NCBI RefSeq assembly: GCF_036321535.1 | Contig: NC_087436.1 | Coordinates: 13,392,001-13,456,000, forward strand | Length of the DNA stretch: 64,000 bases | Source: Camelus dromedarius | Lineage: Eukaryota | Reading direction: 5' to 3' | In this document: in pieces, positions 39,189 to 51,210 of the stretch | Numbering within the stretch: position 1 is the stretch's first letter | Layout: each line of letters starts with the position of its first letter | Translations under genes and position numbers: made by a program | The notes under the pieces: model-generated | Seen by the model: only the letters and a program-made list of their open reading frames with translations | Told to the model about the DNA's origin: nothing | Database searches by the model: none

Positions 39189-39777
39189 AGCTGTGCTGTC
39201 CCCTCCCCTCCACTCAGGCCTCCCAAACTGCCCGGCTGCACTCACTCACTCAGTCAGATCTCCACCTGAGCTGCACTGAGGCCAGTGGTTGGAGGGCAAT
39301 CCCCTCCTTTGGACCAGAGTTCCTCCAACTTTACCAGTGAGCACAGCAGTGAACTCCTTCAGGGTCAACATCTCTCAAGTAAAATATATTGGAATTCCCA
39401 GAACATACCATGAAGCATGGGACATTTTTATATTCAGCAAATGTTTGGATTATCTCTTATTAGTTGTGAAAGAAATGTTGTAATTGAAACTGATCTTCTA
39501 CTTAGTTTGAATCTATATTAAACCTCATTTCTCAAGACAGTTTGGGTAACTATTATATACCAGCAATGTAAGTGAAGTTATATATATGTAGTTATTCTGT
39601 GTACAAATATTGCATTATAATTTGAAAATGTATGCAGTTTATCAGTATAAACTTTTAGATGGCCATAGCATTTATTTCTAGAGTTTAATTCTGAAGTCAT
39701 GAGTTTAACTCTGAATTCGTAAGTTTAAGTCAAAGAGCCTTTTTTCACCTGAGTATGTATAGTTTTTAAAAAATAGA

Positions 39778-40140
39778 TGAAAAAAAAAGAAAAGAAAAAG
39801 ACAAAATGAACATAAGTACAAAAAAGAAACAGACTCATAGGCAGAGAATACAAACTTGTGGTTGCCAGTGGGGAGGGAGGTGGGAAGGGACAGATTGTGA
39901 GTTCGAGATTTGTAGATACTGACAGGCATATGTCGAATAGATAAACAAGATTATACTGTATAGCACAGGGAAATATATACAAGATCTTGTGGTAGCTCAC
40001 AGTGAAAAAGAATGTGACAATGAATATATGTATGTTCATGTATCACTGCAAAATTGTGCTCTACACTGGAAATTGACACAACAGTGTAAACTGATTATAC
40101 CTCAATAAAATAAAATTTTTAAAAAATTAAATAAATAAAT
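39778..40140 (+). mobile_element. L1 3' fragment inserted downstream of the cTAGE-like CDS
   Basis: AGAAACAGACTCATAGGCAGAGAATACAAACTTGTGGTTGCC...ACCTCAATAAAATAAA; degenerate TSD AAATAGAT(G/A)AA. Confidence 0.9.
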
Positions 40141-40264
40141 AGATAAACTTTTTTAGGATGAAGTTAAATTGTACTCTTAGAAGAAACTTTCATCATTTAA
40201 TTTTATATTTTGCTATAACAATATCCATATTAAAAATAAATTTGCTAAATTATAAACAAAATAA

Positions 40265-40502
40265 AGGGGCTGGAAGGGATAAATTGGGAGTTCAAAATTT
40301 GCAGATACTAACTACTATATATAAAAAAAGATAACAAGTTTCTTCTATATAGCACAGGGAACTATATTCAATGTCTTGTAGTAACCTATAATAAAAAGAA
40401 TATCAAAACGAATATATGTATGTATATATATGACTGAAACATGATGCTGTACAGCAGAAACTGACACATTGTAAACTGACCCTACTTCAGTTAAAAAAAA
40501 AA
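40265..40502 (+). mobile_element. L1 3'UTR fragment
   Basis: GGAAGGGATAAATTGGGAGTTCAAAATTTGCAG...TATAGCACAGGGAACTATATTCAAT...CTACTTCAGTTAAAAAAAAAA. Confidence 0.9.
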
Positions 40503-41707
40503 GATTTCAGACAGGCCTTGTTTATAACTAACCTCGGCATCTGCCAAGACTGGGGAGAAAAAAACAAAACATGCAAAAACGAGCTTTTACCTTCTTTCTC
40601 TTTTCTCCTTCTCTCATGACTCAGTGTCTCACACAATCAGACCTTAGGGCTTTCTTCCTTTTCCTTTTCAACAAAGTTATGTAACTGCCCGATGTATAGC
40701 ACATTGATTACACCCGCTGTTTCTTTTTCAGACATTTTATATAAAACTCTCAAGGTTGAAACTACAGGCACCTAAAGTAAATAAGAAATACTTTTTCTTC
40801 TTTCAAAAAGCCTTGTTCTGATTAGGCGGTTCATTTTTATGTCCAGATGCTGTTGGAAAGGTCTCCCACACCCTCCCCCCCACCACCCCTTGTAAGAATC
40901 AGATGTGCCAAAAAGTATAAGTTCTGATTTTTTTTCAATGTCGTATTTTCTGTTTGTTACCTGGCTGATGCTTGTGGAGCGTGAACTGAAGGCGGTCATG
41001 GAAGATACACGGTTAGTGATTAAAGGAATAATATCTATAGGTTAGGAGACCAGACCCTCCCACAGGCTGAAGGGCTTGTCCTGGCCATGAGGTAAGATGC
41101 TGGTGTCTGAGCAACCAGTCTCCTTGCTAAAATGAAGATAGCACTGACTATTGGCTGGGTGCTAAAGGAGAATCAATGCTTAAAACACGAAGCAAGGTCT
41201 TTAGAAATGTTGTTAAAATAGATGAACACACCAACAGGAGTTAACTCTTTCTTCCTACTTATTTTTGAAATACAGTCAATTTCTTCTAGACATATTTGGG
41301 GACCCAAAATGTGATCTCAGTGAAGAGTCATGCTAGATCATGGGTGCAAAGGAATAAAGTGTCATTACCAAACTACTCTAGGGAAGGACACAGGGCTTCA
41401 GGGAACCAGACTGGATTCCACTGAGGGCTGAGCCCTGTAACTGAGGGTTACCACCTGCAAGTGAAGAATAGACCCACTGTTGGGTCAGCATGTGCGCACA
41501 AGCCACGCACACGTGTGCGATATCAGACCCCAGGTCTGAGTCGCCAGGCACAGTGGACCCCAAACCAAACTCCAAATGGATTTCGCCACAGACTTTGGAC
41601 AAAAGTGGAATATTCGAGCTGGATAACCAAATATCTCCCACTGAGTGCAACAGTGTTGAGATGCTTGAAATGGTGGGAGGAGTAGTTCCTGTCCTGTGGT
41701 ATGTAAA

Positions 41708-41972
41708 CTTTTTTTTTTAATTTTTTCATTGACGTGTAGTTGATTTACAATGTTAGTTTCAGGTGTGCAGCAAAGTGATTCAGTTATACATATACATACA
41801 TACACATCTTTTGCTTTTCAGATTCTTTTCCATTATATGTTATTACAAGAAATTGAATATAGTTCCCTGTGCTCTACATTAGGTCCTTGTTGTTTATTTA
41901 TTTTATATATAGTAATGTGTGTCTGTCAATCCCCAACCCATAATTTATTCCTCCCTGCCCTTTCCCCTTTGG
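41708..41972 (-). mobile_element. L1 3'UTR fragment (artiodactyl type)
   Basis: TAGTTGATTTACAATGTTAGTTTCAGGTGTGCAGCAAAGTGATTCAGTTATAC...ATAGTTCCCTGTGCT. Confidence 0.88.
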
Positions 41973-42642
41973 CACAATCAGTCGTTATTTAAAAAAAAAA
42001 AAAAGGATGACCACGGAATGCCCCTTACAATAGGTGCAGTAAGAATTGCCCCTTTTTGCAAAGATCATCTAGTGCTAATAATCCTAAATTAAAATGCGTT
42101 AGCCCTCTACACGACGAGCAGACAGGAATGAAAATGACACATCTTCTAGCACCAAACACTTCACTGCGCTCGCTCGGGTTTTGATCTCTGCAATCCTGAT
42201 GATTGGACCAGGAAATAAAATCTCTCCCACACCCAAGTTTCATATTTTCTGCAGAGGATGTGGTTTTATCCATTGTCAATCCAAACTCTCGCTGGAACAC
42301 ACTTTTCCAATTTGTCCAGAAAGCTGTCAACAGGTGGCCTATAGTTGCCCTCTCCTTCCTGGGCCGCTGTGCCTTGTATTTTGCAATAACTCATAAAGAA
42401 CTTGCCTCGCCACTCTCTCTGCTCCAAAAAGTAAACTGCATTTTTCTTCTGTTTTGGAAAAAATTAAAGTTTTTCAAAATGATGGAGTTACCAGATCAAA
42501 GAAGGCTGATCATGTATACAAGTCCAGGAAAGCCACTCCTCAGTGAGTCAACAGATCATGAATGAACATTTTTGAAAGTGTCCTTTTCCATCGATGCAGC
42601 AGAACACAATTTAGACCCAGATCCATTGGCTCAAGTCTTGCA

Positions 42643-42670
42643 TGTGTGTGTGTGTGTGTGTGTGTCTGTG
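42643..42670. repeat. (TG)n microsatellite
   Basis: Read directly. Confidence 0.9.
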
Positions 42671-44449
42671 CAAGCATACGTGTGTACAGACAGAACGAGA
42701 AAGAGATTATATTCCACCAAATGCATAACCTTTACAAGACAATAACACTTAAGATTCTTAATCTCTACTTGGAGGATGTGTTTGTTGATGGAGAAGACAC
42801 AGAGAGAGATGCTAGAGAAAGTCAGGCATCAAGTAATAAGCACGTCCAACCCTTATGATCCCTCCTCAAGTCAGCTACCTTGTTCATTGGTGCTCGAAAG
42901 GCTCTAACATCAAGGAGAAATAAAGAAAGATAGAATGTAGAAGTGGCCGATGCTGGGACCAGTCAAGACCAGAATCTCTCAAAACGTGATCATTTCCACA
43001 AGCTCCAATATGAGAATCGATTTCTGCGGTCAGAAGCATTTCGAACCTCTCTAGCTGAACTCCATTCTTTTCCTCACACAGACTCCCCAGCATCCCGGCA
43101 CTCGGCTGGGGGGGCGGGGGCGGGGCGGGGGGGGGCAAGTCTGTGTCTGCCACTCCCAGGCCCTGGGCACTGCGCTTGGTCCCAGTTGGTGGCATCTCTT
43201 CTCACCTTACTTTGTATTCATCCTTCTTCCCTGGTAAAGCGCTTTACTTCTCACCTCTGACTATTTTTAAATACACATTATTGAGCACCTACCATCATCA
43301 GTTCCTACATTAGACGCTGTTGCAGAGACATAAAGATACAGCATTTTAAGGAGCTGACAGTCTACTGAGAGCAGTAAATAAGTAAAGAATGACTATGGTG
43401 CAAGACAGAAAAAAAGTGCAAGCAGAGAATGACAGGAAAATAAATGACTTACGCCTACTGGGTTAATCTGAGCTTATCTTGGGTGGTGATCAGCCAGTAC
43501 GTGACTGATCAAGAGGATTTCACCTGGACAAGGCGTGAAGGGCACCCTAGACAGGAAACAGCATCAGCACTTTGCACGTAAAGTGCCAAGAAATGGCCAA
43601 GAGTCCAGGGAGAGTGGTAAACGGTGAAATAAATGGATAAATGTAGATGAGGAGATTCGGGACAGAAGAGGGAGATGCTGTGCTCAGGATGCTCTGCTCA
43701 AGAGATGTGGAGCCACTGAGAGATTTTGAGGCCAACGATTCAGGGCAGCAGAGGGAAGGAGGGTGTGAGGGGGTCTCCCAGGGAACAGAGCTGGATGGCT
43801 GACAGTACTTGCGGGGCGAGAGCCGACCAGTCCTAAACTAGGTCAGGAGCAATGAGCGGGATGGAAACGAGAATGGAGTAATGAGACTGGATGACTGGCA
43901 AGCTGTGAAAGACAGAGGGTGACCAGATAAAGGGTGCCTATAAGTAAGAATATTTGGGTGAATGATGTCCAATTCTGTTATGGGCATATTGAATTTGAGC
44001 TAAGAGCATCCTTTAAAAACTGCCCAACGACTAGTCGAAGTGTTGGAATTCATCTTCATGGAGATGGTGTTTGAAGTTAGTCGGGTGAAATCAGAGGAGA
44101 AGCAGGCTGGACTTGTTCCCTGTTGTTGGATTACAAGTAACCAGCATAATTTCTAGGAGCAGTAAACAAGTAAAGAATTACTATAGTGCAAGACAGAAAA
44201 AGTGCAACCAGAGAATGACAGGAAAATAAATGACTTATTCCTACATAATTCCTAGTGTGTATTCAGTACCCATTAAATATTTGTTTAATAAACAAATACA
44301 ATCTAGAAGGAAGAATTAAGCAGAGAATGAATATGGAGGAAGGTCTATATTTAGAAGATATGCCCAAAAAAAGGAGGGGGAAATTAATAAGAAATACAAG
44401 GAGATCACAACATCTCAGAAACCAGGGAAAGAGCAAACCTTAAAAAGCA

Positions 44450-44690
44450 AAGGAATAAAATAATGCCATTTGCAGCAACATGGATGGACCTGGAGATCGT
44501 CATTCTAAGTGAAATATCAGAAAGAGAAAGAAAAATGCCATATGATATCACTTGTATGTGGAATCTAAAATAAAAAAGGGACACAAATGAACTTATCTGT
44601 AAAACAATAAAGCAGAAACAGATTCACAGACATAGAGAACAAATTTATGGTTACCAGGGAAGGAATTAATTGGGGATTTGAAATTTGCAC
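44450..44690 (+). mobile_element. L1 3' fragment
   Basis: AATAATGCCATTTGCAGCAACATGGATGGACCTGGAGATCGTCATTCTAAGTGAA... Confidence 0.88.
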
Positions 44691-44778
44691 CTCTTGGGGA
44701 GTGGTAGAAATGATAGCTGTCTTGATTATGGTGGTGGTTTCATTGGTGTGTACATCTATCAAAATTCATCAAAGTGTT

Positions 44779-44925
44779 GGGGGAGGCTATAGCTCAAGTG
44801 GTAGAGCGCATGCTTAGCATGCACGAGGTCCTAGGTTCAATCCCCAGTACCACCTCTTAAAAAAGTAAATAAACAAACCTAATTACCTCCCCCAACCCCC
44901 CAAAAAAACTAAAAAAAAAAAAAAT
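44779..44925 (+). mobile_element. Vic-1-type tRNA(Ala)-derived SINE
   Basis: GGGGGAGGCTATAGCTCAAGTGGTAGAGCGCATGCTTAGCATGCACGAGGTCCTAGGTTCAATCCCCAGTACCACC (Pol III A/B boxes) followed by AAACCTAATTACCTCCCCC and poly(A); degenerate TSD AAAATTCA..AA.TGTT. Confidence 0.92.
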
Positions 44926-45604
44926 TCAAAAAAATGTTTTTCAAATTGTACATCTGAAATATATGTAGTTTACTGTACAGGAATCATAACATAATAAAGG
45001 TGTTTTTAAAAAGAAGCAAACGTATTCAATCATTTATTCAATAAATATTTATTAATACCGCCTCATGCCAGACATCATTCTGTGTGTTTGGGACACGGCA
45101 CAAAACAAGACAAATGACCGTCCTGCTCATACAACAGAGCTCAGTTTCTAGGGAGTAGTGAGCAGTGCCCACTGTTTCTGAGGGTGAGTGGGATGTGGAT
45201 AAGCAAACAGCTACCAGGTTTGGTAATTAGAGAGTCTTCAGTTGTCAATCTTCAGTGACCTTTAAAGAGCAGTTTAGTGGAGCTGTGGCAATAAAAGCCA
45301 CATTTACCATTTACATGTCCATTTTTTTTTCCCACAAGCTCTCAAGGTCAGAAAACCTACCTGTTGCTAGATTCACACGATGTCTGTCAAAGCCCGGTTG
45401 GATGCAGTATGTATGAATTCATGAGAAGGGATTAGGAAGCAAGTATTTGGTCATGAAGACGAAAGCACAAAATGAACTCTTCAGTTAAATGAATTCCATC
45501 ATGTAACATCTGTCTGTGAAACGAAGTAGAAAAATGAAACATTGTCTTGCAATTTATATTGGTCAGGGTTTGGTTTGAGAAAAAAAAAAAAGATTGCATC
45601 CGTT

Positions 45605-46220
45605 TGTATTAGTCAGGGTTTAACAGAGAAGCAACACCACCATGAGTGACAGGAGAAATTGATTTATTATAGGAAAAGACCTTATGCAGTAGAACTGGTT
45701 AAAAAAAATCCAATGGAAGGGCAACGGTCCCTGTGCATCTAGTGCAGGCCTGAAACTGCCGCAGGTCTGAGGACCAGCAGGCAAAGAAAAGATGGTTGTG
45801 AAGCTGTGAACTGGCAAAGGCAAACCGGAAGCTGTGCCTGTTCTCACCACCTCCCACCTCAATGATGCCACTGACAGACGGAGCTGGTGCCCTTCGCTAG
45901 CGAGCTGTGCACACACCTGTCCTACAATTCCGAGAGACTGAAAGTGGAGATCTGAGAGAAGCTGGGGGAATGTGGGCCCAGCAGCTGCCCCGTGCCCACA
46001 AAGTGAACCAGCACGTCAGCCTCCCTGTGCGGGGGCAGCAGGTGCCGCCACCGCCCCCGCCAACCTCAGATCACTTGACTCCCGCCTTCCAGACTGCATG
46101 CATACTTCTTCTTCAGCTGTAACCTCGTCCTCACCCCAAACCACAGAGGAAACAAATTCGGGGAAGCTTGGTTCTCACCTAGTCGGCACACGACAAAGCC
46201 ATCACAGTCCGCCTTGAGTG
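45605..46220 (-). mobile_element. MLT2-type ERVL LTR
   Basis: TGTATTAGTCAGGGTTTAACAGAGAAGCAAC...GATTTATTATAGG; lies next to ERVL internal sequence. Confidence 0.65.
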
Positions 46221-48170
46221 CATACCTCTTTTAATTATATTTAACTTCCAAATAAAGAGAATTTCAAAGGCATGCCTCTACCTAACATGCTGCAACTCTT
46301 GTCTAATCGAAAACACTAACCCTCTCTCCCAAAAGAGGACACAAAGTCCCTTTGTCCACTTTTAGGTGATGCTCGTTCTTCTTCTAGCTGAGTCACACGT
46401 CCCCTTTGATACCCTATCCCTTAACTACTGAGATATAAGATATAAGGTTATACGGTAGGAAAACGGAAGTGGGGTGATGAATTTGTATGTGTTTATATAT
46501 ATATGGAAAAATCCTCACAATATTATAGTCCTTTTCACTGAACTAGTCCTGTGGTCTAAGGTGACATTTATTACTCTCTTCTGCTACTACCTGTTCCCCA
46601 TTCCCTTCACCCTCAGCAGGCACCTTAGCTGCTCATAGTTCTCTGCCTGGTGAGGTGACCCAAAACTTCCTTCCCGGAGGGTCTGGCCTAATGTCATAGT
46701 CGTCCACTGACTTTTATCACCAAACATAAGAGTCCTAAGAGGCTCCCCAGGGAATCATCTGAACTCCAGACGTGTTCTTCCTTACCCCTGTTGTTTACGA
46801 GCTGATCTCAGTGGTCAGAACCAGTCCCCTCACCAGTACAGTATTCCCCCTACCAGTACAGTAATCCCCCTGCCAGTATAGTAGTCCCCCCACACAGTAA
46901 TCCTCCCATACAGAAATCCCCTCAGCAGTATAGTAACCCCCCCACCGGTATAGTAATCCCCCCACCAGTACAGTAGTCCCCTCATACAGTAATCCCCCCA
47001 GAGAGTAACCCCCCACCAGTACAGTAATCCTTATAGTAATTCTTATTGATTCACAGGCATGAGGAGCCCCAGTGGCCAGGTGGCACCTTCACCTTGCAGC
47101 TTAATGGAACCCTCGCTGTATCCCCTCGTGGGACCCTTCTTCCTTTGGGAATTAAGCCTTCTATGCTAGCAGCACCCGAAGTCTCAAGGATGGGAAGCAA
47201 ACATTTTGCTAGCAAAACACCAGGGATAGCAGCAAAAGGAGCCTCTCCCATTTCCACTCCTTGACTTCCTAGACACATGAATCCTGCTTATGGGAGAGAA
47301 AACACCCTGTCTTAGGTGCTGAATTAGAGCATAGTCATCACTTTGAGGACATTCCCGAGGCCAGGCAAGATGTTTCTTCCCAGCTGGCACCACAAGTGAC
47401 TCGTCAAAAGGCCACCATTCTCCCAGCCTGCTGCTTCGGGGAATCAGAGACCTTGGTAAGACCAGCGAAGCACATGAGGGGAGCCCATTGCTGCTTCATC
47501 TGCCATAAAATGAGGGGTTCGGTCAGAAGTAATGCTGCGTGGAGTGCCGAGATGGTGAGTAAGGCATTCTTAAATTCACAGACGGTGATTTGGGCAGAAG
47601 CAGGAAAGGCGAATTTGTATCCAGAGTAAATGTGTATGTTCATAAGAACCAGTGCCGCCCCTTCTCTCATAGACGTGGTCCAGTGTGATCAATCTGCCAA
47701 CAGTGGCAGGCTGATGCCCTGGGGATGGATGCCGCCCTGAAGTCTGGGTGCTGGTCTCCAGTGCTGGCAGGCTGGGGAGTCGGTCCCTGCTGCACGGCCG
47801 TCCACTCTGCTGAGACCACACGTCACCCCGCAGCTGCTGCTTCAGCCACCTTATCCATGAGTTCACTGAACAAGGACAAAGGTGCCCGGCGAAAGAAACA
47901 GACCGAATTCTATAGAACCAACCATCGTATCTACGATAATTGTTTAGATCGTGCTTACTGAGGCAGCTCTTTTTTAAGTATTCCTGTAGGACACAAATAT
48001 ATTTAGGCTCTGCCTGTTTGGGAAAGTCTCCTCACATATCTCTTCCTCAGACCTCCTTGTCACCTGTTTACCCATCACACTCCTTACAAGTACTCAAGAA
48101 TCTAACCAAACCATTAGTTCCGTGAATCAGGACATCTCTTCTTCCAGGTCAAAAGTGCAACCACGTACAG
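46220..48170 (-). mobile_element. ERVL internal remnant: degraded pol (RNase H/integrase) and dUTPase
   Basis: Minus-strand peptides LVLMNIHIYSGYKFAFPA (integrase core, cf. ERVL VLTGIDTYSGYGFAFPA) and IEGLIPKGRRVPRGDTARVPLSCKVKVPPGHWG (ERVL dUTPase, cf. LVPKGG.LPPGDT..IPLNWKLRLPPGHFG). Confidence 0.85.
46826..47040. repeat. Minisatellite, ~12 units of 14-21 bp (consensus CCCCCACCAGTACAGTAAT)
   Basis: Units read directly, e.g. CCCCTCACCAGTACAGTATT, CCCCCTACCAGTACAGTAAT, CCCCCTGCCAGTATAGTAGT, CCCCCCACACAGTAAT. Confidence 0.92.
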
Positions 48171-49772
48171 TGGTCAGTGAGTGGTCAGCCCACTAGGAGA
48201 CCCTCCCTCCCCCACTGTCCTCTTGGCCCCCCAGGAGGGGGCTACAGTGCTGTGACCATCCACATTGCAGGCGATGCCAGCCTATCATACAGAAGCCTCC
48301 GAAGACCAGGCCCAAATCTGCTAGCCAGTTTAAGTAGAAGGGGCATTTTTATGACAAATTATAAGTTGACTGGCAAAAAAAATGGGAAGTTTGAAAGGGC
48401 AGATTCAATCAAACTTTCCAGAAATAACTCCCAAAGCCATGACACAAAACCAGGTCACCAAGGAAGCTGCTGCACCTGCCATGACCAAGATGCCGTAAAA
48501 CCAGGAGGTTCCCAGATGAAACTGGAAGCCATCACTCTGGCTGCTGGCCACAGAAGCCCGTCATCTCTGCCACGATCCACTCTGGCGAAGTGGGTCTTCT
48601 GTCCTCGCCTCTCAATAACCAGGAAGGTAGACACGCAACATGGACGCCTCTGCTACAGCTGCCCCCGGAGAAGCAACCATCTCCAGCACTGTGGCTCGCC
48701 AGGGAAGGAACCGAATTGTGATTCTCGCCTCATGTCTCCTTTAATTTCCATTTCCCACATCTCATGCAGGCACCTCTAATTGACAGAACCTAAATCATAT
48801 CCAAAACCTCGGTTTCAAGGTACTCAGGCAAATGTAGCCTTTAACCTCCCAAACTCTACAGAACAGGAAGGAACACAAGGCGGAGGTTGGAGCTGATGTT
48901 AAGCAAAAAGCCAGTTCATCCACCACCCAGGGAAGCAGTGAGGTTGGCTCACTTTAGCAGCCACGTGAATGTGCTTATAGGAAAAGAACAGGAACACACA
49001 ATGGGGAGGATAACTGATGGAGCAAAATCATAAAGAGGAAAGAAAGGCATGAGGTTCGCACACAGGTGGACGGTTAAGCCTTACAAAGGAGGAAGCGCAC
49101 TTGTGTCTCCAGAATATCAGAAGGACGCACAGGAATGTTGAGGTAAAACAGAAACGTTCTGCTGGGTGACCTCAGCACGTTCAGTGAAACAGGAGGCAAA
49201 GTCATCTGCCCTCAGTGGGTGGTGAGATTATGAGGGTTTGCGTGGAGTGAGACGGGTTGGAAGTGTGGGAGACGAACTGAGAGTTGATTACAGATAAGTG
49301 AGAGAAGATATGCACATTTTTGTGTGTGGGATTCAAATATTTAATAAAAGTCAAAATATTGGGATTTTTGCCAGTTCCCCCATTCAAACTGATAAGGCTT
49401 AATGGATGCCTATACCAGAGACGGCTATATTCCAACCTTGTTGCATTCCTGGACTCCTCTCACCATCTTTCTTCTCTCCCAGGTGTAGGTACATTTTAAC
49501 AGGAAACAAGAAATCTTCCATTTAAGCTCTAAAGCTCGAAATGTTAACCTCTAGTCATCAAAAGCATCAGTTTGGAAGGATACTCCGTGGGCTACAATAC
49601 TTTCTCGGGGCCAGCCACACTGAAAGTGACAGGATCTAAGGTAAGTAATTCCCAGAATACGTCAATTGAGACAACAATTTGGGAGCATAATTTTTTTTAT
49701 TATTTTTTTTAATTCGGTGAACCAACAGATATTTCTTGGGTGCATACTATTTGTTCTAGGCTTATGGGAGGG

Positions 49773-49811
<39 letters not shown>

Positions 49812-49859
49812 CAGGTCTGAGACAAAATCCTGCTTTTGACAAACTGACTTACTCTGCAG

Positions 49860-50470
49860 ATAAAAATAAAATGAAATCCTTATCCAGTATTACAGCAAAG
49901 GTAGACTCATGATGGATAAAGACCTAATGGAAAGTTCTAGAAACTTAATAGAAGAAAATATAAAATATTTTTATAACCTAAGTGAAGAAGTATTAAAGAA
50001 AATCCTAAAATCACAAACCAAAATAATAAGAAGAATAAGTTAACAATTTACTTATATAAAAATTTTAAAAGTACACCATTTGAGAAAGTTAACAAACAGA
50101 TGAGAAATCAAAGGAAAAACATGTGTGTCTAAAACCAACTGGTATATATTAGGAACCCCTAAAAATCAACAGAAACAGACCAACAAAGAACACTAATAGA
50201 AAAAAAAAAAATGGACAAAAGATATGAATGAACAATTTATAAGAGAAGAAACCCAACGGACTACAAGCTTTTGAAGAGCTGTGCAAACTCATTAGTCGTC
50301 TGGGAAATGCAAATTAAAGCAACAGTGAGCATTCACTTCACACCCATTAGACTGACAACATTTTGAAAGCTGGACAACAGGAGACTGCAGAGAATGTGGG
50401 GACAAACAGAGGAACCTTTCATGAACTGTCAGTGGGAACAGCCCTTTCGGAGAGCAATTTGGCAGTAGTC
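49860..50470 (+). mobile_element. Old L1 (L1ME-like) ORF2 3' fragment
   Basis: AAATGGACAAAAGATATGAATGAACAATTT...GGAAATGCAAATTAAAGCAACAGTGAG...CACCCATTAGACTG. Confidence 0.75.
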
Positions 50471-51014
50471 AGTGTGTTAAGCCACTGAGGTTTGTAAATA
50501 AATCATGATTTTTGTCTATCTTGACTAAACACGTAGATTGATACCCAGCGTGGGATGCTGATGTTTAACACAAAGAAACAAACAAACAAATACGTGACAC
50601 TGATGGTCAAAGAGCAGTCACTGAAAAAACTGCTACCAGAGGCTGGGAAATTGGTGATGTTATTACATTTGGTTCACTGTTCCTGCAGTGACCTGGGACA
50701 TAGACCCCCATGTACCTAATGACCTTGTGAGGGAGGGGCTGAAAAACAGAACCTTAGTCATACCTGTTGGTTGTTATTGATTCTGTTTAGCAAGGAATTA
50801 AAAAGAAAGAGATGAACTAGAGAAAACTGCCTGAGTTACAAATTGATTCTTGAGAAATTCAGGTGGTGTTGCAAAATTGGAAAAGCATACAGTTTTCTTG
50901 ATGCCAGATCAGAAGAGATGAAGAAGGCTTTTGAGCAAGAAGGGCCCAAAGTGACACAGAGCAAAAGATCAGCCTAAGAGTGTGGTGCTGTATAAAATCT
51001 TTTAGTAGCAAAAG

Positions 51015-51210
51015 GGAAAGAAGAAAGAAGGAAGGAAGGAAGGAAGGAAGGAAGGAAGGAAGGAAGGAAGGAAGGAAGGAAGGAAGGAAGGAAGGAAGGA
51101 AAAGAAAGAAAGGGAGAAAGGAAGGAAGAAAGAAAGAAAGAGAGGGAGGGAGGGAGAAAGGGGAGAAAGAAAGGAGGGATGGAAGGAGGGGAAAGAAAAA
51201 AAAAAACAAA
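51015..51210. repeat. Polypurine tract with ~18 consecutive GGAA units (51030-51101)
   Basis: Read directly. Confidence 0.95.

Noticed and set aside
44779..44855. tRNA-Ala-like gene
   Set aside because: It is the head of a Vic-1-type SINE with SINE body, poly(A) and TSD; two more copies lie at 23.2 kb and 25.5 kb.
46826..47040. CRISPR-like repeat array
   Set aside because: Degenerate head-to-tail units with no unique spacers, in mammalian DNA with no cas genes; a minisatellite.
48177..48779. 200-aa ORF (and the 202-aa minus ORF at 60743-61351)
   Set aside because: No recognisable domain, low-information composition, GC-rich or LTR-derived context.
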